From an uncultured bacterium (lineage in GTDB: Bacteria > JAJVIF01 > JAPKYR01): a stretch of DNA of 17,656 bases. The notes below the pieces were generated by a model, which saw nothing but the letters and a program-made list of their open reading frames with translations, had not been told where the DNA came from and searched no databases. The stretch's first letter is position 1, and every line of letters starts with the position of its first letter. A program made the translations under genes and the position numbers. Location: the NCBI GenBank assembly GCA_965369865.1, contig CBDURU010000078.1:1-17656 (forward strand). Reading direction: 5' to 3'. Of this stretch, positions 8,392 to 16,237 are shown piece by piece.

Positions 8392-10358
8392 GTACAGGAA
8401 AGAAAATAGGCCGCTTCCTTCTTGGTTGGGTAATTATTGCGTTGGTCTCGCTGGCGACATCGGTCGGGATTTCGTGGTTCTCATTCAGTGAAATCTACGA
8501 ACCTGCGATTGTGTACTATTCAGTAATAATACAGGCTGTGTTGCTTCTCCTGGTTTTCATCGTATTCCCGGGCCTGAAAGAACTTCTGTTACGTGATCCG
8601 CATCTCAAATGGATATATAACTTCTGGCAGCCGCATAAGGCCTGGTTATGGGTTCTTATTGCTTTGACATTCCTTTCCAGTGGAGTAGCACTTGCATTCC
8701 CACTCGTATTCCGATACGTGATTGACTTCCTGGAGGGTTCTCTATCCGATGCTACACCGGAAATTATGAACGAGGTAGTCTGGAAAGCCATCTGGGTTTT
8801 TGTCGCGATCGGACTTGGGCGGACCCTGACTCATCTGTACCCGGGCTTCAGGGCTATGTTGAACGCGAAGATTGGTATGGATGTCAGGAAGTATTATTTT
8901 TCCTTAATCCTTACAAAAGGCCAGAAATTTTTCCAGAAATTCAGGACCGGAGACCTGGTCACCCGCCTTACGGACGATATTGAAGCTTTTCCTAAAATTG
9001 CGTGGTTTTGTTGTTCGGGCATCTTCCGGGCGCTTGAATCAAGCAGCAAATTCGTTTTTTGCATAAGCTTCATGCTGTTCCTTAACTGGAAACTGGCACT
9101 CCTGTCCATATCCCCGATCCCCGTTGTCCTCACTGTATTCTATTTCGTAAGATTGGCTATCACTAAAGCCGCGCTTGCTAACCAGAAGATTATTTCCGAA
9201 ACCAATGACAGCCTGGAATCGGCATTCAGTGGTGTGAGAATCGTAAAAGCTTTCCGCGCCGAAGGGAACCAGACGACCGAATTTCGCAAGCTCCTGGACC
9301 GGCGTATTGAAACAGAGGTGAGATTGCGGAAGCTTTGGATGGCGATGATGAACCTGTATCAATGGGTTCAGAATATCGGCCAGGTCATTGTTATGATCGC
9401 GGGCGGCTATATGATAGTAAATGGTACCCTGAGCATCGGCGTGTTGTACGCATTCTACATTTATCTCCAACTTCTCATGCAGCCTTTAATGGACATCCCG
9501 CATTTGTTCGTTACCTCACGTCAGGCATTTGCATGTATCGACCGTGAAATAGAAATCGAAGAGACGCCGGGCGGGATTGAGGATCGGGCACATGGAACTC
9601 TGCAGGTAGCCACCGTAAATTCTGTGAGCGTTAAACATGTTGATTTTAGATTCGACGATGACCTACCGTTGTCACTTGAAGGTGTAAGTATTGACTTGAA
9701 GCGAGGACAGAAAGCGGCAGTCATCGGATCGGTCGGAAGCGGTAAATCCACCCTGATTAAGATTGTTGCCGGATTGATTCAACCCTCATCGGGAGAAGTT
9801 GAATTAAATAACAGGCCACTCTCAGATTATCAAATCAGTAACCTTCGTGAAAAGGTCGGATACATCCCGCAGGAATCCACTCTTTTCAGCGAGAGTGTCG
9901 CTGATAACGTGAAGTTCGGTCGGGATATTTCAGACGATGAGGTCCGCGAGTCACTCGACATGGCACAGGTCCTTGACGAGATGGAAGCACTGGAGAATGG
10001 GCTTGATGAGGTGCTCGGACAAAAAGGCCTGTCAGTGTCCGGTGGTCAGAAACAGCGTCTCGCGATCGCGCGTGCCTTGGCGGGCAAACCGGATTTACTT
10101 CTGATGGACGACTGCACCTCCGCGCTCGATGCTGAAAACGAACGGAGATTCTGGAACATGTTCGCTGAAAAATCCCCCGACGCGGCATGTCTGATCGTAA
10201 CCCACCGCCTTGCGACCGCGCGACAGGCCGATGTGATTTACGTTCTCCATGAAGGTAAAATTGTCGGGAAGGGTACACACGAGGAACTGCTGAGGGACTG
10301 CGAGGACTACCGTAATTTCCTCACACGCGAAGAGCTCCAGGCAGCACTTGCGGGATAA
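8388..10358 (+). CDS. ABC exporter half-transporter (TMD-NBD), degenerate-Walker-B subunit (MdlA/YheI/TM287-like)
   Basis: RTGDLVTRLTDD; Walker A GSVGSGKST; signature VSGGQKQR; Walker B LLMDDCTSALD; THRL. Start uncertain: ORF track gives TTG 8442, but an in-frame CTG at 8388 overlaps the upstream TGA and has a purine-rich RBS. Confidence 0.9.
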   Translation: MSTGKKIGRFLLGWVIIALVSLATSVGISWFSFSEIYEPAIVYYSVIIQAVLLLLVFIVFPGLKELLLRDPHLKWIYNFWQPHKAWLWVLIALTFLSSGVALAFPLVFRYVIDFLEGSLSDATPEIMNEVVWKAIWVFVAIGLGRTLTHLYPGFRAMLNAKIGMDVRKYYFSLILTKGQKFFQKFRTGDLVTRLTDDIEAFPKIAWFCCSGIFRALESSSKFVFCISFMLFLNWKLALLSISPIPVVLTVFYFVRLAITKAALANQKIISETNDSLESAFSGVRIVKAFRAEGNQTTEFRKLLDRRIETEVRLRKLWMAMMNLYQWVQNIGQVIVMIAGGYMIVNGTLSIGVLYAFYIYLQLLMQPLMDIPHLFVTSRQAFACIDREIEIEETPGGIEDRAHGTLQVATVNSVSVKHVDFRFDDDLPLSLEGVSIDLKRGQKAAVIGSVGSGKSTLIKIVAGLIQPSSGEVELNNRPLSDYQISNLREKVGYIPQESTLFSESVADNVKFGRDISDDEVRESLDMAQVLDEMEALENGLDEVLGQKGLSVSGGQKQRLAIARALAGKPDLLLMDDCTSALDAENERRFWNMFAEKSPDAACLIVTHRLATARQADVIYVLHEGKIVGKGTHEELLRDCEDYRNFLTREELQAALAG

Positions 10359-10398
10359 ATCAAATTTCGGATTTATAACGACGAAATCACACTGCACG

Positions 10399-10682
10399 CG
10401 GGTGCCGTTGACAAGCTGAGTGAGACATCTAAATCCCGCAAGCCTAAAAAATCTCCGCGTCGAACGTGCTTGTCGACGTAAATCACAAACTACAAAAAAT
10501 CGGGTGCCGTTGACAAGCTGAGTGAGACAGATCACAGTTCCAATCTTATTTTATCTCCGGGTCGAACGTGCTTGTCGACGTAAATCACAAACTACAAAAA
10601 ATCGGGTGCCGTTGACAAGCTGAGTGAGACAGATCACAGTTCCAATCTTATTTTATCTCCGGGTCGAACGTGCTTGTCGACG
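10399..10682 (+). repeat. Tandem array of three 80-bp family A hairpin elements, period 102 bp
   Basis: Units at 10399-10478, 10501-10580, 10603-10682: CGGGTGC-CGTTGACAAGC-TGAGTGAGACA-[23 nt]-ATCTCCGSGTCGAACGT-GCTTGTCGACG, joined by an identical 22-nt linker TAAATCACAAACTACAAAAAAT. Lies between convergent genes. Confidence 0.95.
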
Positions 10683-10707
10683 ATTATTATATCCAATGGC
10701 ATCTTTT

Positions 10708-11214
10708 CTATAAGTAATACTGGTAATAAAGCCTGTAGGGCCCCTGTTCATGTGAACCAGTGTGCCCTTTCACCTGGAGATAGAACGTTGTGCTCTTTGT
10801 AGCCTCGACTTCAAGCACGAAATTCGATCCCGGTGTTGTATTTTCGGTACTGTAATACCTTCCTTCTTCATCAATTAATTTCGCCCGTACTCCAATATCG
10901 CTTTCAGACCAGATCTTGATCCTTTCGCCCGACCTGAGGAGTTCGGTTCGGTACCAGTCGGTGTCATTGGATGACAGGATTGAACCGCTGATGTAACCGC
11001 TGTCCCAGCCGGTAAGCACATCGTATTTCAGTGGGGGAAACGGATCAGCGGGGTCGTCGTGCTGAAACCATCCACTGAAAGTGATACCCATGATCAAAAT
11101 CGCCGCGGCCATTATTAGAGGCCCGGTTGGGTCCCCGTCCTTAGTACATGATGTCCCTGTTACCGGCATCATGAGCGCAAGAACCAGGAAAATTCCAATT
11201 ATTCGTCGGGTCAT
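10708..11214 (-). CDS. Small secreted/lipoprotein-like protein with a pre-peptidase C-terminal (PPC)-like beta domain
   Basis: Basic N-terminus, hydrophobic signal ending ..GTSC; second hydrophobic stretch; DTDWY...G..I.I...L.D..G...TFYLQVKG...GPYRL pattern typical of PPC-like domains. GGGAG RBS. Confidence 0.6.
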   Translation of the reverse strand: MTRRIIGIFLVLALMMPVTGTSCTKDGDPTGPLIMAAAILIMGITFSGWFQHDDPADPFPPLKYDVLTGWDSGYISGSILSSNDTDWYRTELLRSGERIKIWSESDIGVRAKLIDEEGRYYSTENTTPGSNFVLEVEATKSTTFYLQVKGHTGSHEQGPYRLYYQYYL

Positions 11215-11310
11215 GTTTTATCTCCCGTCGTATTAATATTTTAAATCTTCTGTTAACTAAGCGGGTAGGGAAACGGAAGTACTGGAAAATGGCGCTACTG
11301 GAAGTTCCTA

Positions 11311-11347
11311 AAAAAACAATCCCCCCAGAGGGGGGATTATAGGGGGG
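11311..11347 (-). terminator. Terminator-like C/G-run hairpin after fbaB
   Basis: AATCCCCCC-AGA-GGGGGGATT (11318-11338), followed on the minus strand by GTTTTTT. Confidence 0.65.
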
Positions 11348-11362
11348 GTCTTTTTTTTCTTA

Positions 11363-12271
11363 CTAACTCGTGTATATCTCGATTATCTTGTCGAGTAACT
11401 CAAGCGCTTCTTTTTTCGGGCGCTGGAATACATTTCTGCCGATGATCGATCCGAATCCGCCGCCATCTTTGATTGCCTGTGCCGCGTCGAATATCGAGGA
11501 TTCGCCAACCTTGGCGCCCCCGGAGAATATGACAATTCGTTTGCCGTTGAAAGCAGCCTGCATGACATGCCTTACCCTGTCCGCCATCGTTCCGATCGGG
11601 ATATTTTCAGCTTCGAACACTTTCCTTGCGGCGTCCTGCTCGATAAACTCGCTCGGCATTTTGACTTTCGCGATATGCGCCCCGAGCTGGCACGCAATCT
11701 GGGCGGCATACGCTCCCACATCGATCGCGGTCTCGCCTTCTTTACTCAGATCCTGACCTCTCGGGTAGCTCCATATCACAACTATTAAACCCGCCGATTT
11801 CGCATACTCGGCTATTTCCCTGATCTGCTGGTACATGTCCACCCGATACTCGGAACCCGGATAAATTGTAAATCCGATTGCCACACATCCCAGCCTCAGG
11901 GCGTCGTCCACACTGGCGGTCACGGCGGGGACCGGGTTAGGTTCAGCCATCAACACATCATGGCTGTTCAACTTGAGAATGAGTGGAAGCTTTCCCGCAT
12001 AATCCCTCGCGATCGCTTCGATGAATCCGAGCGGGGCGGCGTACGCGCTCAAGCCCGCGTCGAGCGCCAGTTGCGGATGATATGCGGGATCGTAGCCTGG
12101 TGGGTTTGGAGCGAAACTCCGTCCGGGACCGTGTTCGAATCCCTGGTCGACCGGTAGGATGATCATTCTTCCGGACCCGCCAAGGCGTCCCTGCCTTAGC
12201 ATTCGCTCGAGATTTGCTATTGTGCCGGGATTGTCGGCTGTGTAATGACTGAGAATTTCTTTAACTCGCAT
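11363..12271 (-). CDS. fbaB: Class I fructose-bisphosphate aldolase (DhnA/FbaB type)
   Basis: ILPVDQGFEHGP, PLILKLN, ALRLGCVAIGFTIYPGS, WSYPRG, LGAHIAKVK (Schiff-base Lys), FSGG, GSIIGRNVFQ. Confidence 0.95.
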   Translation of the reverse strand: MRVKEILSHYTADNPGTIANLERMLRQGRLGGSGRMIILPVDQGFEHGPGRSFAPNPPGYDPAYHPQLALDAGLSAYAAPLGFIEAIARDYAGKLPLILKLNSHDVLMAEPNPVPAVTASVDDALRLGCVAIGFTIYPGSEYRVDMYQQIREIAEYAKSAGLIVVIWSYPRGQDLSKEGETAIDVGAYAAQIACQLGAHIAKVKMPSEFIEQDAARKVFEAENIPIGTMADRVRHVMQAAFNGKRIVIFSGGAKVGESSIFDAAQAIKDGGGFGSIIGRNVFQRPKKEALELLDKIIEIYTS

Positions 12272-12384
12272 TTCTATCTCTCCAGGTTAGCTGCAATTTT
12301 TTTTGCTGTTCAGTTGGTATTTGTACCACCTTTTGCACGGGAAATCGAGTATTAAGAATGGTGGAATTCATTTTACCTGGAAAA

Positions 12385-13812
12385 TCAATACTCTTCAGGC
12401 TCGTGTATGATTAGGTGATCGTCTCCAAGAATCTTTTGTTTAACAATGGCGTGCCGTTTCCATCGGCCGGTACGGAAATAAAGCGTTACAATTGTAGCCC
12501 CTACTACAGTAGACAGGACAATAGCGAGCACCACTCCCGAGAATCCCCAGAAATGAGCGAAAATAAATGCCGCCGGGATCCTCACGATCAACTGCGTAAT
12601 TGCAACCAGGATCATTGATGTCACCGCATCCCCGGCACCCCTGATCGCGCCATTCACAGGAAAAAAGACCGACATCGAAAGGTATCTGATCGGCATGATA
12701 GTGATGTATGTGAGCACATAAGGAATCACCATGGCGAATTCGTATTCATCGGGCTGGAAAAGTTTCGTTATTGTCGGGGCAAGGAGCAGGAGAGCGATAG
12801 ACCCAACCATCGCGATCGATACCGATATCCTGATGGCATCTTTCAGGTATAGATTTACCCTTTCAAGTTTACCCGCCCCCACATTCTGGCCCGCGATCGT
12901 GCTCATCGACATGCTGAGTGACTGTGCGGGCATCATGAGGAGTGAATCGAGTACCATCCCTATACCATAACCCGCGAGCGCGTAGGTGCCATACCTGTTG
13001 ATAAGCCCCATGAACACCATCATGCTGAAACTTACCATGACCATTGTTCCGCTGGCCGGGAGACCCTGTCTGGCTATTCCCTTGAGTATTCTCAGGTTGA
13101 ATTTAAATCCCTTTGGCCTTAAATCTACATACTCCTTATGCCGGGCAAGGAGTATTGTCATGATTATTGCCCCCACTACCTGGACTGATACTGTAGCGAT
13201 TGCAGCTCCCGCGACTTCCAGCCTTGGGAAAATTCCCCCGTATCCGTAAATAAGCAACGGATCGAGTATGATATTCAAAATGGTGGTGATCGCCGCGACG
13301 ATTGTCGGGGTTCTTGAATCGCCAAGGCCCCGGATGATCCCTGCTGTACCGTTGAACCAGAAAAATGCGATCATGAACCCGAATATCCATCGGAGGTAAA
13401 CCGTAGCATCCCCGATAACATCATCCGGTGTGTTTAATAATTGTAGAATTTTTTCGGTGCCGAATACAAAAATTGTACTAATTACCAGAACCAGCAGACT
13501 TCCAACAACCAGGAAATTACGCGTTGTGAGATTGATGTTCGCCTTGTCGTTCGCGCCTTTATATTGCGCGATCAAAATTCCTGCACCGATAGCAACCCCG
13601 AAAACTATCGCGATCATGAAAAAGAACACGGGAAATCCAACCGTGACCGCACCGAGCGCGGCTGAACCCAGATTACCGACCCAGAATCGATCGACCAGGT
13701 TGTAAATGATCTGGAATGATCCCTGCAGCATTATCGGAAGGCTGAACAGGATCATGTTCCGGAATGTCGGACCTTTCGTCAGGTCGATCATATGTGATGA
13801 ATGCTTTGCCAC
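12385..13812 (-). CDS. MATE family efflux transporter
   Basis: DLTKG..F.LP..Q..YN.VD..WVG; RGLGDSRTP; LNIILDPLLI; GAAIAT; GQNVGAG; RGAGD; about 12 hydrophobic segments. Start is GTG 13812 or ATG 13791. Confidence 0.93.
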   Translation of the reverse strand: MAKHSSHMIDLTKGPTFRNMILFSLPIMLQGSFQIIYNLVDRFWVGNLGSAALGAVTVGFPVFFFMIAIVFGVAIGAGILIAQYKGANDKANINLTTRNFLVVGSLLVLVISTIFVFGTEKILQLLNTPDDVIGDATVYLRWIFGFMIAFFWFNGTAGIIRGLGDSRTPTIVAAITTILNIILDPLLIYGYGGIFPRLEVAGAAIATVSVQVVGAIIMTILLARHKEYVDLRPKGFKFNLRILKGIARQGLPASGTMVMVSFSMMVFMGLINRYGTYALAGYGIGMVLDSLLMMPAQSLSMSMSTIAGQNVGAGKLERVNLYLKDAIRISVSIAMVGSIALLLLAPTITKLFQPDEYEFAMVIPYVLTYITIMPIRYLSMSVFFPVNGAIRGAGDAVTSMILVAITQLIVRIPAAFIFAHFWGFSGVVLAIVLSTVVGATIVTLYFRTGRWKRHAIVKQKILGDDHLIIHEPEEY

Positions 13813-13850
13813 CTGTATAAGCTGTGAATGATACGCACAATCGCCAAGGA

Positions 13851-13879
13851 TTCCAAATCGAAAGCAAATCTGATATGAT
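13851..13879 (+). promoter_or_regulatory. sigma70-type promoter for pepF
   Basis: TTCCAA (13851-13856), 17-nt spacer, TATGAT (13874-13879) with TG extension. AAGGAG RBS downstream. Confidence 0.55.
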
Positions 13880-13919
13880 CGTACGTCTCTTACAAGTTTA
13901 TTTAAAGGAGTGAACTAAA

Positions 13920-15725
13920 ATGACTACCACCACAGATCTTCCGCGATGGGATCTATCGAATGTTTACGCCGGGTTCGATAAAGTTGATTTTGTAACCGAT
14001 TTCGACAAGGCAACTAAAATGATCGCTGAGCTGGAATCGATTATCGAATCGAATGGTATCGAACGGCTTGAGAGTCCGCCTTCGGATATCGAAGCCACCG
14101 CTAAGGTTCTCGATGATCTTCTCAACCGGTTCAATGAAGTTTTTCTACTTTTCAATACCCTCGAAGCGTTCGTCTACAGCTTTGTCTCGACAGATTCCTA
14201 TAACACAGATGCAGCCAAAAAATTGAGCGAACTTCAGATGACCGAGGTTCGGCTTAAGAAACTTACAACAAGGTTCCAGGCATGGATAGGATCGCTCGGT
14301 GAAACGTTCGAGAAAATTCTCGGGCATGCTCCCGTCGCGGCTGAACATAAACTTGGCCTTGAAGAATGGATCGAGCAGGCTAAATATCTGATGGACACTA
14401 AGCTAGAGGACCTTGCCGCCGAACTCGGCCTGTCGGGTGGCAGTGTGATGTCCAAGCTCCAGGGTACTGTGACATCGCAGCTCAAAATGCCGTTCGAGCG
14501 TGACGGTAAAACCGAAGACCTTCCAATGACCATGCTCAGGAACCTTGCTATGGACCCTGATGAAGACATTCGAAAACGGGCATTCGAAACGGAAATTAAG
14601 GGATGGGAATCGATAAAAGAATCGGTTGCTTTCGCTATAAACGGAGTGAAAGGCCAGGCTGTGACCCTTGCCAAATGGCGCGGACGCGATGATGTCCTTC
14701 ATGGCGCACTCGACCATAACAGGATCGACAGGGATATTCTTAACGCCCTTCTCGACGCCATGAAAGATTCCTTCCCGATGTGGAGGAAATACCTTAGTGC
14801 CAAAGCCGGTAAACTTGGAAAGCCTAAACTCCCCTGGTGGGACCTTTTCGCCCCGGTGGGTGATGCAGAGGTTAAATACTCATACGAAGAGGCCGCGGAT
14901 TATATCGTCGAGCAGTTTTCTAAATTCTCAGATGAGATGGGTGGCTTCGCGAGAAACGCATTTGACAATAAATGGATCGATGTCGGCCCTCGCGACGGTA
15001 AACGCGGCGGCGCATTCTGCATGGGTGTTCCCGGTGTCGAAGAATCGAGGATCCTTGCCAATTTTAATGGTACTTTCGAATGGCTGACCACTCTCGCGCA
15101 TGAACTCGGCCACGCGTATCACAACTTTCTCCAGAAAGGAATGCCGATCATGCGTCGCGGCGCGCCAATGACTCTTGCTGAAACCGCGTCGATTTTCTGC
15201 GAGACGATCGTTTTCAACGCGGCTCTCGATGAGGCCACGCCCGAGCAGCAGGTTTCAATTCTCGAAAGCCAGCTTATCGGCGCGAACCAGGTGATTGTCG
15301 ATATCTACTCGCGATTCCTGTTCGAATCCGAGGTTGTCAAGCGGCGTGAGAACGCGGATCTATCGGCCGATGAAATGTGCGAAATTATGCTTGATGCGCA
15401 GAAGCAAACCTATGGCGACGGCCTCGATGAAAATCACCTCCACCCCTACATGTGGCTCCTGAAACCCCATTATTACTATTCCGGCGCTCATTTCTATAAT
15501 TACCCATACGCTTTCGGACTCCTTTTCGGCCTTGGCATGTATGCGATCTACAAGGACGAAGGCGACAGCTTTATCCCAAGGTACAAGGGACTTTTAAAAA
15601 GTACCGGTGAGGGCAAGGTCGCCGATCTCGTATCGAAATTCGGGATTGATGTTCGATCTAAGGATTTCTGGGCTGGTAGTCTGAAATTGTTTGAAAGCAG
15701 TATCGACAAATATTGTAGTCTATAG
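13920..15725 (+). CDS. pepF: M3B oligoendopeptidase F
   Basis: PRWDLS N-terminus; WID..PRDGKRGGAFC; TLAHELGHAYH (HEXXH); LAETASIFCE; HYY...FYNYPYAFG. Confidence 0.95.
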   Translation: MTTTTDLPRWDLSNVYAGFDKVDFVTDFDKATKMIAELESIIESNGIERLESPPSDIEATAKVLDDLLNRFNEVFLLFNTLEAFVYSFVSTDSYNTDAAKKLSELQMTEVRLKKLTTRFQAWIGSLGETFEKILGHAPVAAEHKLGLEEWIEQAKYLMDTKLEDLAAELGLSGGSVMSKLQGTVTSQLKMPFERDGKTEDLPMTMLRNLAMDPDEDIRKRAFETEIKGWESIKESVAFAINGVKGQAVTLAKWRGRDDVLHGALDHNRIDRDILNALLDAMKDSFPMWRKYLSAKAGKLGKPKLPWWDLFAPVGDAEVKYSYEEAADYIVEQFSKFSDEMGGFARNAFDNKWIDVGPRDGKRGGAFCMGVPGVEESRILANFNGTFEWLTTLAHELGHAYHNFLQKGMPIMRRGAPMTLAETASIFCETIVFNAALDEATPEQQVSILESQLIGANQVIVDIYSRFLFESEVVKRRENADLSADEMCEIMLDAQKQTYGDGLDENHLHPYMWLLKPHYYYSGAHFYNYPYAFGLLFGLGMYAIYKDEGDSFIPRYKGLLKSTGEGKVADLVSKFGIDVRSKDFWAGSLKLFESSIDKYCSL

Positions 15726-15754
15726 GATGCAGACCGCCATCTGGCTACTGGGGT

Positions 15755-15780
15755 GCCCTTCCTCACGGTCGGGCCTCTGA
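15755..15780 (-). repeat. REP-like element family B (TCAGAGGCCCGACCGTGAGGAAGGGC on the minus strand)
   Basis: Inverted relative to 15966-15987 (CAGTAGCCCAACCGTGAGGGGC). A degenerate third copy lies at 16111-16134. Confidence 0.65.
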
Positions 15781-15792
15781 GATGCTAATTTT

Positions 15793-15832
15793 GGGGACAT
15801 CTCTTTTCGCCCGTCGAAAAGCAGGTGTCCCC
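15793..15832. repeat. GGGGAC...GTCCCC long hairpin (REP-like or bidirectional terminator)
   Basis: GGGGACATCT-CTTTTCG-CCCGT-CGAAAAG-C-AGGTGTCCCC. Confidence 0.7.
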
Positions 15833-15846
15833 GATCATAAAAAAAT

Positions 15847-15921
15847 CCCGGGTGCCGTTCACAAGCGACCCCCAACCCACCCCACTCTGAGTTTGTCTTG
15901 CGGAGCTTGTGGACGAACGAT
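15847..15921 (+). repeat. Family A hairpin element (copy 1 of a 75-bp direct repeat)
   Basis: CGGGTGC-CGTTCACAAGC-[38 nt]-GCTTGTGGACG-AACGAT; 74/75 identical to 16143-16217. Confidence 0.9.
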
Positions 15922-15958
15922 AATCCGGGTTCCGACGACAAGCGGATCCGGGTTGCCA

Positions 15959-15996
15959 TTATCAACAGTAGCCCAACCGTGAGGGGCTTTTGATAA
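15959..15996 (+). repeat. Family B element within a larger hairpin
   Basis: TTATCAA-CAGT-AGCCC-AACCGTGAG-GGGCT-T-TTGATAA. Shares TTATCAACAG..GGGC with 16109-16134. Confidence 0.6.
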
Positions 15997-16009
15997 AGTA
16001 CTAAATCCC

Positions 16010-16055
16010 GTAGCGCAGGACGCCGGCCTGCAGTACCGCGGACGGCCCGTCCGCA
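16010..16055 (+). repeat. Tandem pair of GTAG/GTAC-tagged REP-like palindromes
   Basis: GTAGC-GCAGG-ACGCCGG-CCTGC-A and GTACC-GCGGACG-GCC-CGTCCGC-A, period 23 nt. Classic REP architecture of a tetranucleotide tag plus hairpin. Confidence 0.7.
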
Positions 16056-16142
16056 TGGAGAGCGGTATCGGAAGTTTTGATCCCTTGTGATTTTTCAGTC
16101 TAATAACTTTATCAACAGCCCCGGGAGGGAGGGCTTATGTTC

Positions 16143-16217
16143 CCCGGGTGCCGTTCACAAGCGACCCCCAACGCACCCCACTCTGAGTTTGTCTTGCGGA
16201 GCTTGTGGACGAACGAT
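16143..16217 (+). repeat. Family A hairpin element (copy 2 of a 75-bp direct repeat)
   Basis: 74/75 identical to 15847-15921, offset 296 bp. Confidence 0.9.
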
Positions 16218-16237
16218 GGTCCGGGGCTTTTGCTCCC

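Noticed and set aside
10429..10438. 10-nt match (CTAAATCCCG) between the unit-1 variable core and 16001-16010
   Set aside because: A 10-mer match within 17.6 kb on two strands is close to chance expectation, so it is not evidence of targeting.
10095..10535. 146-aa minus-strand ORF with repeated CLTQLVNGTR
   Set aside because: Translation of the DNA repeat plus antisense of the ABC gene.
10399..10682. CRISPR array interpretation
   Set aside because: The constant part is about 79 bp, too long for a CRISPR repeat. Two of the three variable segments are identical, there are no cas genes or leader, and the same hairpin occurs dispersed elsewhere.
10399..10682. Integron attC sites
   Set aside because: No RYYYAAC...GTTRRRY boundaries, no cassette ORFs between units, no integrase.
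11275..11305. Short direct repeat TACTGGAA x2 upstream of the PPC-like gene
   Set aside because: Only 8 bp and two copies, which is compatible with chance.
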